Origin: a virus | Lineage: Duplodnaviria; Caudoviricetes | Length of the DNA: 64,000 nt | Direction: 5' to 3' (one strand) | IMG/VR virus record: IMGVR_UViG_3300027864_000205 | Coordinates: 9,929-73,928 of that record | In this document: positions 27,973 to 37,717 of the stretch, piece after piece | Position numbering within the stretch: the stretch's first letter is position 1 | How the letters are laid out: each line of letters starts with the position of its first letter | Made by a program: the position numbers and the translations under genes | Notes under the pieces: model-generated | Told to the model about the DNA's origin: nothing | What the model saw: only the letters and a program-made list of their open reading frames with translations | Databases searched by the model: none

Positions 27973-28296
27973 TTACCAGTTGCCGAGAACATACCTATTT
28001 ATCCTTTTTCTGTAATCCTCATTGCTTTCTCCGTGAGCCTGATGGAATTTGCGTATGGTTTGTGCGCTCCTAGTATATACTTCGTCAAAATTTTCGACTA
28101 CTCTCACCTCGAAGTTATTTAGCTTCTTCGATAACCGCATGATGCTCCTTCTTTTTCTTTGCATGACCCGAAGCCATTTCCATCTTTCGCGTAGCGACAT
28201 TCTTATGCTTAAAAGCTCCCTGATGAACCGGATAGTTATTTTGTGAGATTCAATATACAGCTTTATGAGTTCGGTAACTTTTTGTATGCTCTTCAT
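27973..28296 (-). CDS. Hypothetical basic protein
   Basis: ATGA overlap with upstream gene; Lys/Arg-rich. Confidence 0.7.
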   Translation of the reverse strand: MKSIQKVTELIKLYIESHKITIRFIRELLSIRMSLRERWKWLRVMQRKRRSIMRLSKKLNNFEVRVVENFDEVYTRSAQTIRKFHQAHGESNEDYRKRINRYVLGNW

Positions 28297-29057
28297 GCTC
28301 CGGTACCTCCTGTAACTTGTCTGCAATTTACCTGTAACTTGCCTGTAACTTGCATATCTGTCTGATGTTTCAATTCTTCGTCTGTCTGTTCGAGTATCTC
28401 GCGCACCATCACCAGTACGGATTCTTTAACACGGACACTATCGTTATCGCAAAATATTGCCACCGTTTGAGATACCTTTCGGAATGTATTGTTGATGAGT
28501 TGACATCTGGTCTGCGTTTTATCAATCTCGCCGAACACCATTTCAGGCATTTCCTTTTTCAGCACTGCAACGCTCTCAGGCGGTGTTGCATCTGGCATAT
28601 GCGCGGGTTTGCTTTTTTCCTCTACTTTTTTATCTCGGCCGAGCTTTGCATATAAACCGTTTTTGAATTGCTTCATTGTTATCCCGTACTCGTTAGCAAG
28701 CGACTCCATGCTTTCGCCCGAGCCAAGTCTTACCATTACTCGCTCCCAATTCACTCTTTTCTCTGGTTTACCCGACACCTTGCTTGCGGGTGTGCCACTC
28801 TGCGCCTGTAGTTGTTCTGTTCCTGTAGTTGTTCTCATATTCTGCTCACTCCTATACCTTAATGCGGATTCCTCAGAAACGAATATCGCCGTTCGTCTCT
28901 TTGCTTTTAGTGCGTCCTTGTCTGTGGTGTAGTGCGTACACTCAGAAACCGGCATGCCGCGCCCACATCCTCTATGTAGCCTATAGTCGCACGACCTTGT
29001 GCTTTTTGAGAAGTATGCACAGTCTATACGTTTGCATACTTGAAATTTGTCAGCCAT
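28293..29057 (-). CDS. Hypothetical protein, Cys-rich N-terminus and possible central HTH
   Basis: CKRIDC...CDY...C..C; MESLANEYGITMKQFKNGL. Confidence 0.7.
   Translation of the reverse strand: MADKFQVCKRIDCAYFSKSTRSCDYRLHRGCGRGMPVSECTHYTTDKDALKAKRRTAIFVSEESALRYRSEQNMRTTTGTEQLQAQSGTPASKVSGKPEKRVNWERVMVRLGSGESMESLANEYGITMKQFKNGLYAKLGRDKKVEEKSKPAHMPDATPPESVAVLKKEMPEMVFGEIDKTQTRCQLINNTFRKVSQTVAIFCDNDSVRVKESVLVMVREILEQTDEELKHQTDMQVTGKLQVNCRQVTGGTGA
28309..28352. repeat. Four tandem 11-bp units (CCTGTAACTTG x3 plus one degenerate)
   Basis: cctgtaacttg|tctgcaattta|cctgtaacttg|cctgtaacttg. Confidence 0.85.
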
Positions 29058-29070
29058 GCCGCAACTCTCC

Positions 29071-29904
29071 TTATAGCTCTGCGAATTTTAGTTGTTGTGA
29101 TGCCTCGTAGTTGCACCAAAGTGTCTCTGTTCTTTCGGTTGCAGATTCGGTATGGCAAGTGGTTTCATACCGATGCCAGTCGGCAAGAGTGTCCTCGTAA
29201 AGCGGACTTTTGTATGCCGAGAGCAGTACAGGCCCGCAATGTTCCATCAGGAGTGCTAACAGTTTTCTATGTTGCTCGTTTGTGAACTCATGTTTGTATA
29301 TTCTCCCGTTACGTGTTTCCATCAAATATGGTGGATCTGCGTATATCACACAGTTATGTTGATTGTGCCGTCGTATAATCTCAAAGGCATCAATATTATC
29401 TATTTGCACTATGTTATTAGGGGAGGCGTGTTTAAGCCTTTGGCATATAGCTAGTATGTTACTAGGGATATTTGTGCAGAATCTGGCAACATTTCCATTT
29501 GCAGCCTTTATATTTTTACGCCAACCTGTCTTAGTGGAGGATTTTGCACCGATTGCTTGCCACATACGCACTATAAACCGTCGCGCACGCTCAACATCAT
29601 CTATTTCCCCGCTATCAGAATACGATTCCGCATATTCTTCTCTCGCCCATGGCGTAAGGTACACGGCTCTCGCCAATTCTTCCGGATAATCTCTTGCCAT
29701 CCTGAAAAGATTTACAACATCGCTGTCGAGGTCGTTAATTGTTTCCACTTTCGACCGCTCTTTTGTGAAGAACACTGCGCCAGACCCAAAAAACGGTTCA
29801 AGGTATGTCATGCGCTCGTAACCAGCAGGGAAATGCTCTACTATCCACGGAGCAATAGTCCATTTACTGCCCGGATATTTGAGAATGTTCTTGTTTGGTC
29901 TCAT
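29071..29904 (-). CDS. N6-adenine DNA methyltransferase (Dam/D12 class)
   Basis: KYPGSKW, YLEPFFGSGAV, YADPPY. Confidence 0.92.
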   Translation of the reverse strand: MRPNKNILKYPGSKWTIAPWIVEHFPAGYERMTYLEPFFGSGAVFFTKERSKVETINDLDSDVVNLFRMARDYPEELARAVYLTPWAREEYAESYSDSGEIDDVERARRFIVRMWQAIGAKSSTKTGWRKNIKAANGNVARFCTNIPSNILAICQRLKHASPNNIVQIDNIDAFEIIRRHNQHNCVIYADPPYLMETRNGRIYKHEFTNEQHRKLLALLMEHCGPVLLSAYKSPLYEDTLADWHRYETTCHTESATERTETLWCNYEASQQLKFAEL

Positions 29905-31642
29905 TTGCCCTCACTTTCAGGCTATCGACAATCTTTTTCATGTGTACGGTAGCTACTGCCTGCGCAATCGCCTTGTCTGCCTCAGTTTCGCCCTTGTCAC
30001 CCATGATTCCGTTGAACTGTTCTATCTTTTGACCGAGAAACTCCTGTATGACTTCATCGGTGCCTTCCTCTGCCACAAGATAGTAGCAAAGCACGCTATC
30101 TGTTTGCCCGATACGGTGAGCCCTGTCCTCAGCCTGAGTATGTATTGCCGGCGACCAATCGAGTTCCCCAAACACAACACAGGTTGCCCTTTGGAGATTT
30201 AGACCGGAGGATGCTCGAAGGCTTATCATGCATAAGTTTGTATCTCCGTTCATAAAGGCGTTGACCGATTCCTCTTTTTCTTTTGAACTTTGCCGACCTG
30301 TTATCATCACCGGACTGTGTGATTCAAGCACTTCTGCATACTCATCAAATACTTTGTGGTGGTACGCAAATACCAAGACAGCTTCTCCTGCTTCAAGTAA
30401 CATTTTGAGAAATGTCGCCACATATGGAGCTTTTGCAATGCCTATTGCCTGACGGCTTTCGCGCACAATTTCCCTTGTCATACGCCCACGTTCAAAATAA
30501 TCCTCGACACTGCCTATCCGGCCCGCCATAGAGACTGCGTTGTGTATGAGTTCAGAATACATGCCACTGTCAAAATCAACTGTCTGGATAACTCTGCGTT
30601 TAGGCGGCAATTCTTTGAGAACTTCATCTTTCGTTCTTCGGAGCATGAGCCCTTCTCGCCTCAGATAATCTCCCAAGAGGTCAGGATCTCTCACGATGTC
30701 GTTGCCGTATCCATAGCACCACTCTCTTGTAAAACTCTCCCAGTCACCCAAACAATGATACTCAATGATGTTCATAACTGCCCACATTTCGCCGCCTCGG
30801 TTATGTATCGGTGTGCCCGATAACCCTATAACATCGGGAACACTAGAGGCCAACAAGGATGCTGAACTGTACTTTTCTGTGCCTGTATGCCTTAACTCCT
30901 GTATCTCATCAAATATAACGGCTTTGAAGTCATAGTCCTGTAATGCTGTCTTCCACCCCCGGAGAAGGAGATAATGCACAATGTATATGTTCGCAGGTGG
31001 CAATTCATATGGGGTAAGCCCCTTCAGTACATGCACCGTTTCAGGTTTATCAAACATACTTAACTGGTCACCAGCTCCGGGAAGTTTTAGAAAACGCTTT
31101 ATTTGCGGTACCCAGTTTGTTGTGATTAAATGCGGTTGTACCACAATGACCGCAGGGTACGCATTTTTCGCAGCGAGGAAAGCGAGTGCTTGAATAGTTT
31201 TTCCTAACCCCATTCCATCAGCAAGCAGTGCGCGTTCTGTTCCGAGCAAGTACGAAAGCCCCTCTTTTTGAAATTCCCTTAGTTTTCCGATAAATTCAGG
31301 TGGTGCTTCTGCTTTGTTCGGCCGTTCATTGAATTCACGTATACGTACTGCATGATCGACCGCTTCCTGATAACTTTTTCCCCACGCCTCTTTGTCAATT
31401 ATTTCGAGAGGGTAGCGTAGCATAAGCCAATTAAGATTTTCGGCATTTCTTTTGGTTGCCGGGAATTTGCAATGGCGGCTACCCCTGCCGACAGAGCCCG
31501 GAAATATACGCTTAACTACCTGCACCATCCCGGGTTCTCCCGCAACTATCCATTGAGTAATCCTTCCATTCACGATGATAGGTTCAAGGGTGCCGTATGT
31601 TTCTTTGCTTTCCGGCAATTTTTGCAGATACGCGGGAATCAT
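29864..31642 (-). CDS. SNF2-family DEAD/H helicase
   Basis: LADGMGLGKT, FDEIQE, LSGTPIHN, QAEDRAHRIGQ. Confidence 0.93.
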   Translation of the reverse strand: MIPAYLQKLPESKETYGTLEPIIVNGRITQWIVAGEPGMVQVVKRIFPGSVGRGSRHCKFPATKRNAENLNWLMLRYPLEIIDKEAWGKSYQEAVDHAVRIREFNERPNKAEAPPEFIGKLREFQKEGLSYLLGTERALLADGMGLGKTIQALAFLAAKNAYPAVIVVQPHLITTNWVPQIKRFLKLPGAGDQLSMFDKPETVHVLKGLTPYELPPANIYIVHYLLLRGWKTALQDYDFKAVIFDEIQELRHTGTEKYSSASLLASSVPDVIGLSGTPIHNRGGEMWAVMNIIEYHCLGDWESFTREWCYGYGNDIVRDPDLLGDYLRREGLMLRRTKDEVLKELPPKRRVIQTVDFDSGMYSELIHNAVSMAGRIGSVEDYFERGRMTREIVRESRQAIGIAKAPYVATFLKMLLEAGEAVLVFAYHHKVFDEYAEVLESHSPVMITGRQSSKEKEESVNAFMNGDTNLCMISLRASSGLNLQRATCVVFGELDWSPAIHTQAEDRAHRIGQTDSVLCYYLVAEEGTDEVIQEFLGQKIEQFNGIMGDKGETEADKAIAQAVATVHMKKIVDSLKVRANETKQEHSQISGQ

Positions 31643-32115
31643 AAGGCAATCCCCCATTGCTTCTGCAAGCCTATTACAACACACGGCTTGCCGTTACTGG
31701 TTTCAGGTATTGGATTTCTCAGGCTTGAAGCCACGGCTATCACCACCGCTTCCACTATGTCAAACTCAGCATAGCGGCTCACCTGCGCTTCAAGTCTCGC
31801 CCAGTTAGGCTTGCCTTTCTTGACCTCAACCACTACTGCCGATGTTACTGCCAGTTCGCCACTTACCCAGCAAAGGAAGTCCGCTCGGCATCCGCGACCT
31901 AGCTTATACTCTCTTATGTGCTGAATGCCATGCTCGGCTAATATCTCAGAGATTTTATTTTGCAAAGCAGACTCGGCAATGGTAACGCCTACCCGAAGGG
32001 TCTTTAGTGCCTTTTCAATTTTGTCAACAGTCTCATTCATGTCCATACTACTCCATTCGTAAATTTTGCAAAGTAACTCTGTATCGCCATAACTTTGATT
32101 GTCCTGTGCGCTCAT
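31639..32115 (-). CDS. PD-(D/E)XK nuclease-fold protein
   Basis: REYKLGRGCRADFL...VEVKKG...QVSRY. Confidence 0.65.
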   Translation of the reverse strand: MSAQDNQSYGDTELLCKIYEWSSMDMNETVDKIEKALKTLRVGVTIAESALQNKISEILAEHGIQHIREYKLGRGCRADFLCWVSGELAVTSAVVVEVKKGKPNWARLEAQVSRYAEFDIVEAVVIAVASSLRNPIPETSNGKPCVVIGLQKQWGIAL

Positions 32116-32191
32116 TCAGCAGCCTGCGCAAAGCGTATTTTGTACATCCCTCTCGTGACGCGGGCAATATATAGGCTAAAAGCAAGGCTTG

Positions 32192-32581
32192 TTAATTGCT
32201 TTTCAGGGGCAGTTCACCGATACTTTTTATTCCGACCATGTATGACGGTGGCAGGGGGATTTTGTCTTTATCTTTTTGTGGCCGCCATAAGTGCAGACAA
32301 TAGGGGTGGTTGTTAACATACTCAGACTCAGGTGGGTGAATCTGAATTACTGTCTCTTGCGGATTGAAGAATAGAGTCTTTATCTGTTGCATTTCGTTCC
32401 AACGTGGGCACCGTTCTGTTGTGCTTACCGAAACATGGTCCCAATCCCCCTCGTATGTAGCGAGAACCGTGAACTTCAAATTGCTTCCTTCGAGGTTTAG
32501 CAAAAAGGCACCTGCTTTTTTGTCTCCCATCCATCCCATGTAAGGTGTTCTGAATTCGTCAAGGTGGCTTAAATCTCTCAT
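32192..32581 (-). CDS. Conserved phage hypothetical protein
   Basis: WDHVSVS...CPRWNEM..IK.LFF..E..IQIHP...YVN.HPYCLHLWRP motif common in prophages. Confidence 0.8.
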   Translation of the reverse strand: MRDLSHLDEFRTPYMGWMGDKKAGAFLLNLEGSNLKFTVLATYEGDWDHVSVSTTERCPRWNEMQQIKTLFFNPQETVIQIHPPESEYVNNHPYCLHLWRPQKDKDKIPLPPSYMVGIKSIGELPLKSN

Positions 32582-33129
32582 TACGTTTCTCTCCATTCAA
32601 TGTCTTCAAGGAAGTGCAGTACACCATTGTTGCACGGTACTTCAAATTTTGATAAGTCGGTCGGCTTGATGTGGCGTCGCCCGAAGATCTCCCCCATTTT
32701 TACCCATACTCGCCAAGGTATTCTATAATAACCGATGCGGTCAAACCCTATGAGTACGAAACACGCAGCACCCATTTTGGCATACTCCGTTATACGCTCG
32801 GACTGTTCTGTAGTTACCCTGCTTTGTGGGAGCTTTTCACTAGCGGAGAACTTCGCCTCGAATACCACAGCTCTGCCGGAACGTAATGCGCCTTTATAGT
32901 CGGGCTGTGCTTTCTTTTCAAAACAGGCAATAAATTTGCCGTTGTTGAGGTTCTTTATCGGTCTTAGTGGCTCGGGAGTCTTTTCAATGACCGCAATGCC
33001 TGATTTTTCGTAGTATGCACAGGCCTCATCAATAAGTGTTTCAAAATATTTACCCATGGCTTTGTTCAAAGTTCCCTGATATTGTCGCTTTGGGTCTTTT
33101 AGGGCTTGACAATTTCCGGTTCTGTCCAT
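32581..33129 (-). CDS. recU: Holliday junction resolvase RecU family
   Basis: GKYFE..I...C, IEKTPEP, PDYKG, FEAK. Confidence 0.85.
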   Translation of the reverse strand: MDRTGNCQALKDPKRQYQGTLNKAMGKYFETLIDEACAYYEKSGIAVIEKTPEPLRPIKNLNNGKFIACFEKKAQPDYKGALRSGRAVVFEAKFSASEKLPQSRVTTEQSERITEYAKMGAACFVLIGFDRIGYYRIPWRVWVKMGEIFGRRHIKPTDLSKFEVPCNNGVLHFLEDIEWRET

Positions 33130-33407
33130 CACGGCTTGCCTCCATTCCACTGTCTATGGTTCAGCCCTATTTCTAAAGCATTTCTTATGATATCGTTAGA
33201 TATTCCGTTCCTTGACATACTCGCTATCACCTGAGATAGCATAAACACAGCCGCCGCAGGATTTAGAACTTTATAGATAATTTGCACTTTACCTGTTTCA
33301 TGGTCCATGCTTGTAAAAATTTCTGCACTTTTGCCGTCCAGCATTTTTATTATGGCCTTATTTACTTGTTCCTGAGTGAGTTCGTCAGTTAGGTCTTTAT
33401 TGCCCAT
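33129..33407 (-). CDS. Hypothetical protein
   Basis: ORF in early operon, coupled to recU. Confidence 0.65.
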   Translation of the reverse strand: MGNKDLTDELTQEQVNKAIIKMLDGKSAEIFTSMDHETGKVQIIYKVLNPAAAVFMLSQVIASMSRNGISNDIIRNALEIGLNHRQWNGGKP

Positions 33408-33666
33408 TATACAATCCTCCAATTTTTTCAAGGCGGGGTTTGATTTTCTTCCAAAGCTTGGGGTGCGCAATAATTGCATTGTCTGTTATCATAAACTTGT
33501 CGGAGGGAACGTCAACAATCCCATATCTTTTCCTCCATTTTTTGTTTATGCGTTTCTTTTTGTGTGTCCGCCTTTGCGTTGTGCCCTCGGTGATGTGTTC
33601 ACTGAGAATAATATCCCTGCCGAAAAATACCGCATGTTTCATTAAGTCCACACTCCTAAAATCCAT
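33397..33666 (-). CDS. Hypothetical protein
   Basis: RRTHKKKRINKKWRKRYG basic motif. Confidence 0.7.
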   Translation of the reverse strand: MDFRSVDLMKHAVFFGRDIILSEHITEGTTQRRTHKKKRINKKWRKRYGIVDVPSDKFMITDNAIIAHPKLWKKIKPRLEKIGGLYNGQ

Positions 33667-34798
33667 CTAACATTACCTGAACAGGTTCTGGGTCTTTGAC
33701 TTTTAGCATCCTCGAGAACTCAAGTGCATCAATTTCTTTTGCGGTCAAGTGCTTGCCCGCACGGATTCTCCATATTTTGTCAAGTTCATCATAACCGACC
33801 GCGATTATCTTCTTTTCTATTTTTCGCTTATTCGCCGCCTTCCGCGCTTCCTTTCGCTGGCGCTTTTGCTCTGCAAGGGCTTTTTTGCTCACGGATTCGT
33901 GTTTCACCTCTATGCCGGCAGCGACATCAGCAAGGTCTTGCATTAAATCCCTGCTTGGTCGTGACTCCACTCGAACATTAACAATCTCCCTAGTGCAACC
34001 TGCAATACGATAGCGCAGTCTTCCGTAAGCCGCCGCATAATCAGCTTTGTAACTTTCGAGCCCATGTTCGACAAATGCTTCACATATCGTAATTGATGTC
34101 TGCTTGTCGAATACTTTAACGCCTTTTGTTATGGAAACACACTCTTTTTCAGGAAATAGACCCTCGGCTGGGTTGTGGGAAGTAAATTTAATGTCATAAT
34201 AAACATTTGCTTTTTTGGGCGACAGTGGCATTTGCAGGAAGTGGCAATATGGTATGCAGTGGTTAAAGTTGTCTCTACCGCATTGGAGAGGGTCGTAGAA
34301 CATTTTCCACTCTTTAGTGTGTCTATTATATACACTCCTGCGACGGCAAGCCCTCGTTCCCATAGTTTCGTTAAATAACTCGAAGCGACTATCAGAATCT
34401 TTCCAGACTTCATCATGCGCTTCATCGACGCTGTTTTCGTAGCTGTAAGTCTTGTTTGTGCGTTTGCATGAGCAATGGGCTATTTTATCTTTTCCTAAGA
34501 AAAAGTTGCGTAGAGCCGGATGGTTGAGTTCGCAGGGTATGCCATCAAACTTTGGGCAGGGAGTTGTTGCATTATCATTTTCAGCAGTCCAGGTTACTCC
34601 TCCATAACTCATTGTACCGGTAGCTGCTAAGCCTTTTGCAAGCAGTCCGCACGGGGTTTCCCATACCATGTCAAGTTTTGTTTTGCAGGTGTATTGCCAA
34701 CCACCATAAAAATCGTTCCACTCTGTTACCCAGTCGGGAGGGTTTTCTTTTGTATATCCTTCATCAAGCAGTTGCAGTGTAAGTTTGTTTATTTCCAT
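33656..34798 (-). CDS. Cys-rich hypothetical protein
   Basis: 380-aa ORF, many Cys, coupled to neighbours. Confidence 0.75.
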   Translation of the reverse strand: MEINKLTLQLLDEGYTKENPPDWVTEWNDFYGGWQYTCKTKLDMVWETPCGLLAKGLAATGTMSYGGVTWTAENDNATTPCPKFDGIPCELNHPALRNFFLGKDKIAHCSCKRTNKTYSYENSVDEAHDEVWKDSDSRFELFNETMGTRACRRRSVYNRHTKEWKMFYDPLQCGRDNFNHCIPYCHFLQMPLSPKKANVYYDIKFTSHNPAEGLFPEKECVSITKGVKVFDKQTSITICEAFVEHGLESYKADYAAAYGRLRYRIAGCTREIVNVRVESRPSRDLMQDLADVAAGIEVKHESVSKKALAEQKRQRKEARKAANKRKIEKKIIAVGYDELDKIWRIRAGKHLTAKEIDALEFSRMLKVKDPEPVQVMLDGF

Positions 34799-34799
34799 A

Positions 34800-35009
34800 T
34801 CAGATACCTATACATGGCCTTATTCCGAGATAAGATTCAAGCGATGCCCGGAGATGCGCCGGAGATGCGATATCATATTCCTTACACAAGCAAGACTCGC
34901 ATACTTGGAACTTTTTATATCCGAGCGCCTTTGATGCTCTCACATCCCAACTGCTCATTTGACTTTGGCACTTAGGGCAGTTCGTCTCTAACCATTTAAG
35001 TTTACCCAT
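34800..35009 (-). CDS. Small zinc-finger-like protein
   Basis: CPKC...CESCLC. Confidence 0.7.
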   Translation of the reverse strand: MGKLKWLETNCPKCQSQMSSWDVRASKALGYKKFQVCESCLCKEYDIASPAHLRASLESYLGIRPCIGI

Positions 35010-35346
35010 TGTTGGCAGCCTCTAGTTTTTCAATTAAATCCTCTACCCAACGTATTTCCATATGGAGGTCGTTGACATTGCCTGCAATCCCCGCCAACTG
35101 ACTTTGGTAATTCGAGATATTGCCATTTCGGGCACGGTAGAGATACGCCACAACTGAATCATTGTCATATTCTCGTATTTCAACAAAGTCTCCACATTCA
35201 CAGTGTTTAGCATTAAAGTTCTCCACTGCCTCTGCTAAGTCCTTGCTCTCATCAACCTCTTCCACTTTTTTGATATGTTCGTCTTTGTAATATACAGCCA
35301 ATCTCATAAGTTGAACTCCTTTAATTTGTAGTGCTTCACTTCGCAT
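35002..35346 (-). CDS. Hypothetical protein
   Basis: ORF in early operon. Confidence 0.65.
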   Translation of the reverse strand: MRSEALQIKGVQLMRLAVYYKDEHIKKVEEVDESKDLAEAVENFNAKHCECGDFVEIREYDNDSVVAYLYRARNGNISNYQSQLAGIAGNVNDLHMEIRWVEDLIEKLEAANNG

Positions 35347-35363
35347 TCACTCTGTCAAATCAA

Positions 35364-35708
35364 TTACTCATTTTTGCGATTGGCTTTTATACTGGCACGT
35401 ATAAGGCACGCTTCCGGATTTCGGTGTTCGATACTGCATAATCCGTCGTTGATGTATTGGCACTTTGTGTTGTCGCAACTCAATTTATTGTTCATTTGCA
35501 GCGGAATCATCATTTCCCGTATGCACTCGCAGACGAAATCGGTTTGCGCTTTAGATGGCAAACTGCAAAATAGCTTGGCGTTTTCGTTGAGGGAATATTC
35601 ATCTTTACTCATGTTTAGGTCTCCTTGTTGTGCGATTTGCATTTCTTGCAGATGTATTTGTCGCCATCTTTTAACATTGTAGAAATTAGCGACCCACAGG
35701 CATGGCAC
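35364..35708 (-). CDS. Hypothetical protein (true start probably the internal MSKDEY)
   Basis: GGAG RBS before internal ATG; C-terminal Cys cluster. Confidence 0.55.
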   Translation of the reverse strand: MPCLWVANFYNVKRWRQIHLQEMQIAQQGDLNMSKDEYSLNENAKLFCSLPSKAQTDFVCECIREMMIPLQMNNKLSCDNTKCQYINDGLCSIEHRNPEACLIRASIKANRKNE

Positions 35709-35827
35709 GATATTATGTTTTTAAAACGAACTTGGTTTGGCATTTTGCGCACACGATTCTTTTGACGCACGGTAAATGTATCATGCGAAACCCCTCTACC
35801 TAATCCGCGCATATAGTCATATATCAT
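35615..35827 (-). CDS. Small zinc-ribbon protein
   Basis: CHAC...CKKC; overlaps upstream stop. Confidence 0.55.
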   Translation of the reverse strand: MIYDYMRGLGRGVSHDTFTVRQKNRVRKMPNQVRFKNIISCHACGSLISTMLKDGDKYICKKCKSHNKET

Positions 35828-36708
35828 GGGGCAACCTCACTTTCATACGATTTTATCTCGTCGGCAAACCGCCAAACTTGCTGCGTTCTTCCGTTTCCAT
35901 AAAATCCTGTCGGGGTTCTGCCCGAAGCATGCCACCAAATAAACCTATTCAATGTTGTCTCGCAATGGCGGTCATAGCCCCCCCTCGACACGAAAAACTC
36001 AAACATTTCCACTAAGGTAATAAGGTTGTGTTTTGCATAAAGAAGGCTTCTTTGCTGATAGTCATCGGTCAGGCGATAGGGGCCCAGATGTATTCGTTCC
36101 CAGTGCCCGTGTAGCCAGTCAGGAGATATTTGAGTCAAGCCATGCCACGGCCCATCACGATTTATTGCACTTGCATCCCAAGTACTCTCGAGGGTGATAA
36201 TGCCTTGAATCATTCGAAGATTTATGTCGTGGTATGTTGCTATATCGTAAACGAGCCACTGTAGCTTCGGCAGGGCAACTATGGGCATTCCGTTTTTGTA
36301 GATTCGCCAGAGTGGTCTTGATCGTCTCTCGGTTTCTCGAAACGCTTCAAGTATATGCAACTCTGAATCGAGCCCGTAAATGAGCATTTCAAACAGGCTT
36401 CGCTCAATACTGGAACGCTCTGCAAGTTGCCCATAATCCTCCAGCAGTTCTCGGTATTTGTAGTAGTAGATGACATTGACCTCAACCTCACTTATCTCAA
36501 CAATTTCTTGATATATCGTGACGTACTCTATATGCGGAGGTTTATTTAACTCAACTAAATAAGCTACAAAAAATACAACGGCTGCAATGCCTAACACAAC
36601 AGTACATACGATGATTTGGTTTGTGAGTGTACCCAGTTGCGAAGCTATTTTGTTTCGATGTTTTCGCAATTTCAACAGGTTGATTTTCGACATAAATGAC
36701 TTTTCCAT
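35824..36708 (-). CDS. Membrane-anchored lytic transglycosylase (SLT-like)
   Basis: N-terminal TM segment; IITLESTWDASAIN...GLTQI motif with candidate catalytic Glu. Confidence 0.65.
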   Translation of the reverse strand: MEKSFMSKINLLKLRKHRNKIASQLGTLTNQIIVCTVVLGIAAVVFFVAYLVELNKPPHIEYVTIYQEIVEISEVEVNVIYYYKYRELLEDYGQLAERSSIERSLFEMLIYGLDSELHILEAFRETERRSRPLWRIYKNGMPIVALPKLQWLVYDIATYHDINLRMIQGIITLESTWDASAINRDGPWHGLTQISPDWLHGHWERIHLGPYRLTDDYQQRSLLYAKHNLITLVEMFEFFVSRGGYDRHCETTLNRFIWWHASGRTPTGFYGNGRTQQVWRFADEIKSYESEVAP

Positions 36709-36722
36709 CAGTATTCCTCATT

Positions 36723-36947
36723 TCAGACATTCATCGCTAAGTAGTGTATTACTAAGCCCGTGACAACAGCTAAGCCTGCGACTGATACAACTGCGGCAAT
36801 AATTGCAAGTTTTGATTTTTTGCTGATACTCTTTGGTTCTTCACCAGTGGCGACAGTATATGCTTTCATGTATCTACCTCCGTAATTACAAGAGGACACC
36901 AATCGGGGCGTTTCTTCTCGGCTTCCGCAAAATTTAATTTTTTCCAT
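36723..36947 (-). CDS. Small membrane protein (probable start at internal MKAYT)
   Basis: C-terminal hydrophobic segment; GGAGG RBS before internal ATG. Confidence 0.6.
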   Translation of the reverse strand: MEKIKFCGSREETPRLVSSCNYGGRYMKAYTVATGEEPKSISKKSKLAIIAAVVSVAGLAVVTGLVIHYLAMNV

Positions 36948-37090
36948 GTCGTAGGCACCTGCGCAACTCCTGTAGGAAGCTTAACACCCTTGCAGTACAT
37001 AACACCATCAACATCTAGGTAACAGCACGGACATTTTGCAAAGCATTTTTCAGGTGCAGGCTCAACAGTTAGTGTTGCTATTTGCTTCAT
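36866..37090 (-). CDS. Small Cys-rich protein
   Basis: CFAKCPCC...YC...RPDWCPL motif. Confidence 0.7.
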   Translation of the reverse strand: MKQIATLTVEPAPEKCFAKCPCCYLDVDGVMYCKGVKLPTGVAQVPTTWKKLNFAEAEKKRPDWCPLVITEVDT

Positions 37091-37388
37091 GTGTCAAGCC
37101 TCCTGTCATTTTCAGTCGTTCATATGCTCCCGGATATTGCCGCTCGTACTCATGGTCTATATTTTCGGGGTATATGACGTATTGCGTGTTTGCTGTTTCA
37201 ATGATTTTGTGGTCGGCGAGTATCCTGATATTCTGAATTGCCGATGTCCTTATTCTGTCGCCGTCAGAAAATCTCTCCGCGCTGTCATTGAAGATCTCTC
37301 CAACAAGTGTATGCTTCACCAATTCTGGCGCAGTGAATCCATCCGAAGTGTTTGATATATGCCAGTTTTTCATAATGGCAGTGTTCAT
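37062..37388 (-). CDS. Hypothetical protein
   Basis: F.DGDRIRTS.I...IETANTQY motif. Confidence 0.7.
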   Translation of the reverse strand: MNTAIMKNWHISNTSDGFTAPELVKHTLVGEIFNDSAERFSDGDRIRTSAIQNIRILADHKIIETANTQYVIYPENIDHEYERQYPGAYERLKMTGGLTHEANSNTNC

Positions 37389-37717
37389 GTATTAAACCTC
37401 TCGTCTTTCTCATCTTGTCCTTGTTGTTCTTTTAGACATCGCTCTGCATAAGCTGCCCAGCTTTTAGCTTCCTCATCAAGCATTTTATCTCCAAGTTTTT
37501 TTACATATTTTCTGGGAAACCATATGTATTTGCAATCTTCGTATCGAAAGTCACCTCCGTATATGGTGCAATCGTCAAAGTCAGCTGATTCATAACCCGG
37601 TGACGATACAGGACAATTTACGCAGTTGCGATATTTGTATCTCCATGCTTTCAATGCTCTGATTGGGTGCGCTATTACCCTGAAAATTCGTCTCATGCTT
37701 GATAGTCTGCATTTCAT
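37385..37717 (-). CDS. Hypothetical protein
   Basis: CVNCP...C...C motif; coupled ORF. Confidence 0.65.
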   Translation of the reverse strand: MKCRLSSMRRIFRVIAHPIRALKAWRYKYRNCVNCPVSSPGYESADFDDCTIYGGDFRYEDCKYIWFPRKYVKKLGDKMLDEEAKSWAAYAERCLKEQQGQDEKDERFNT

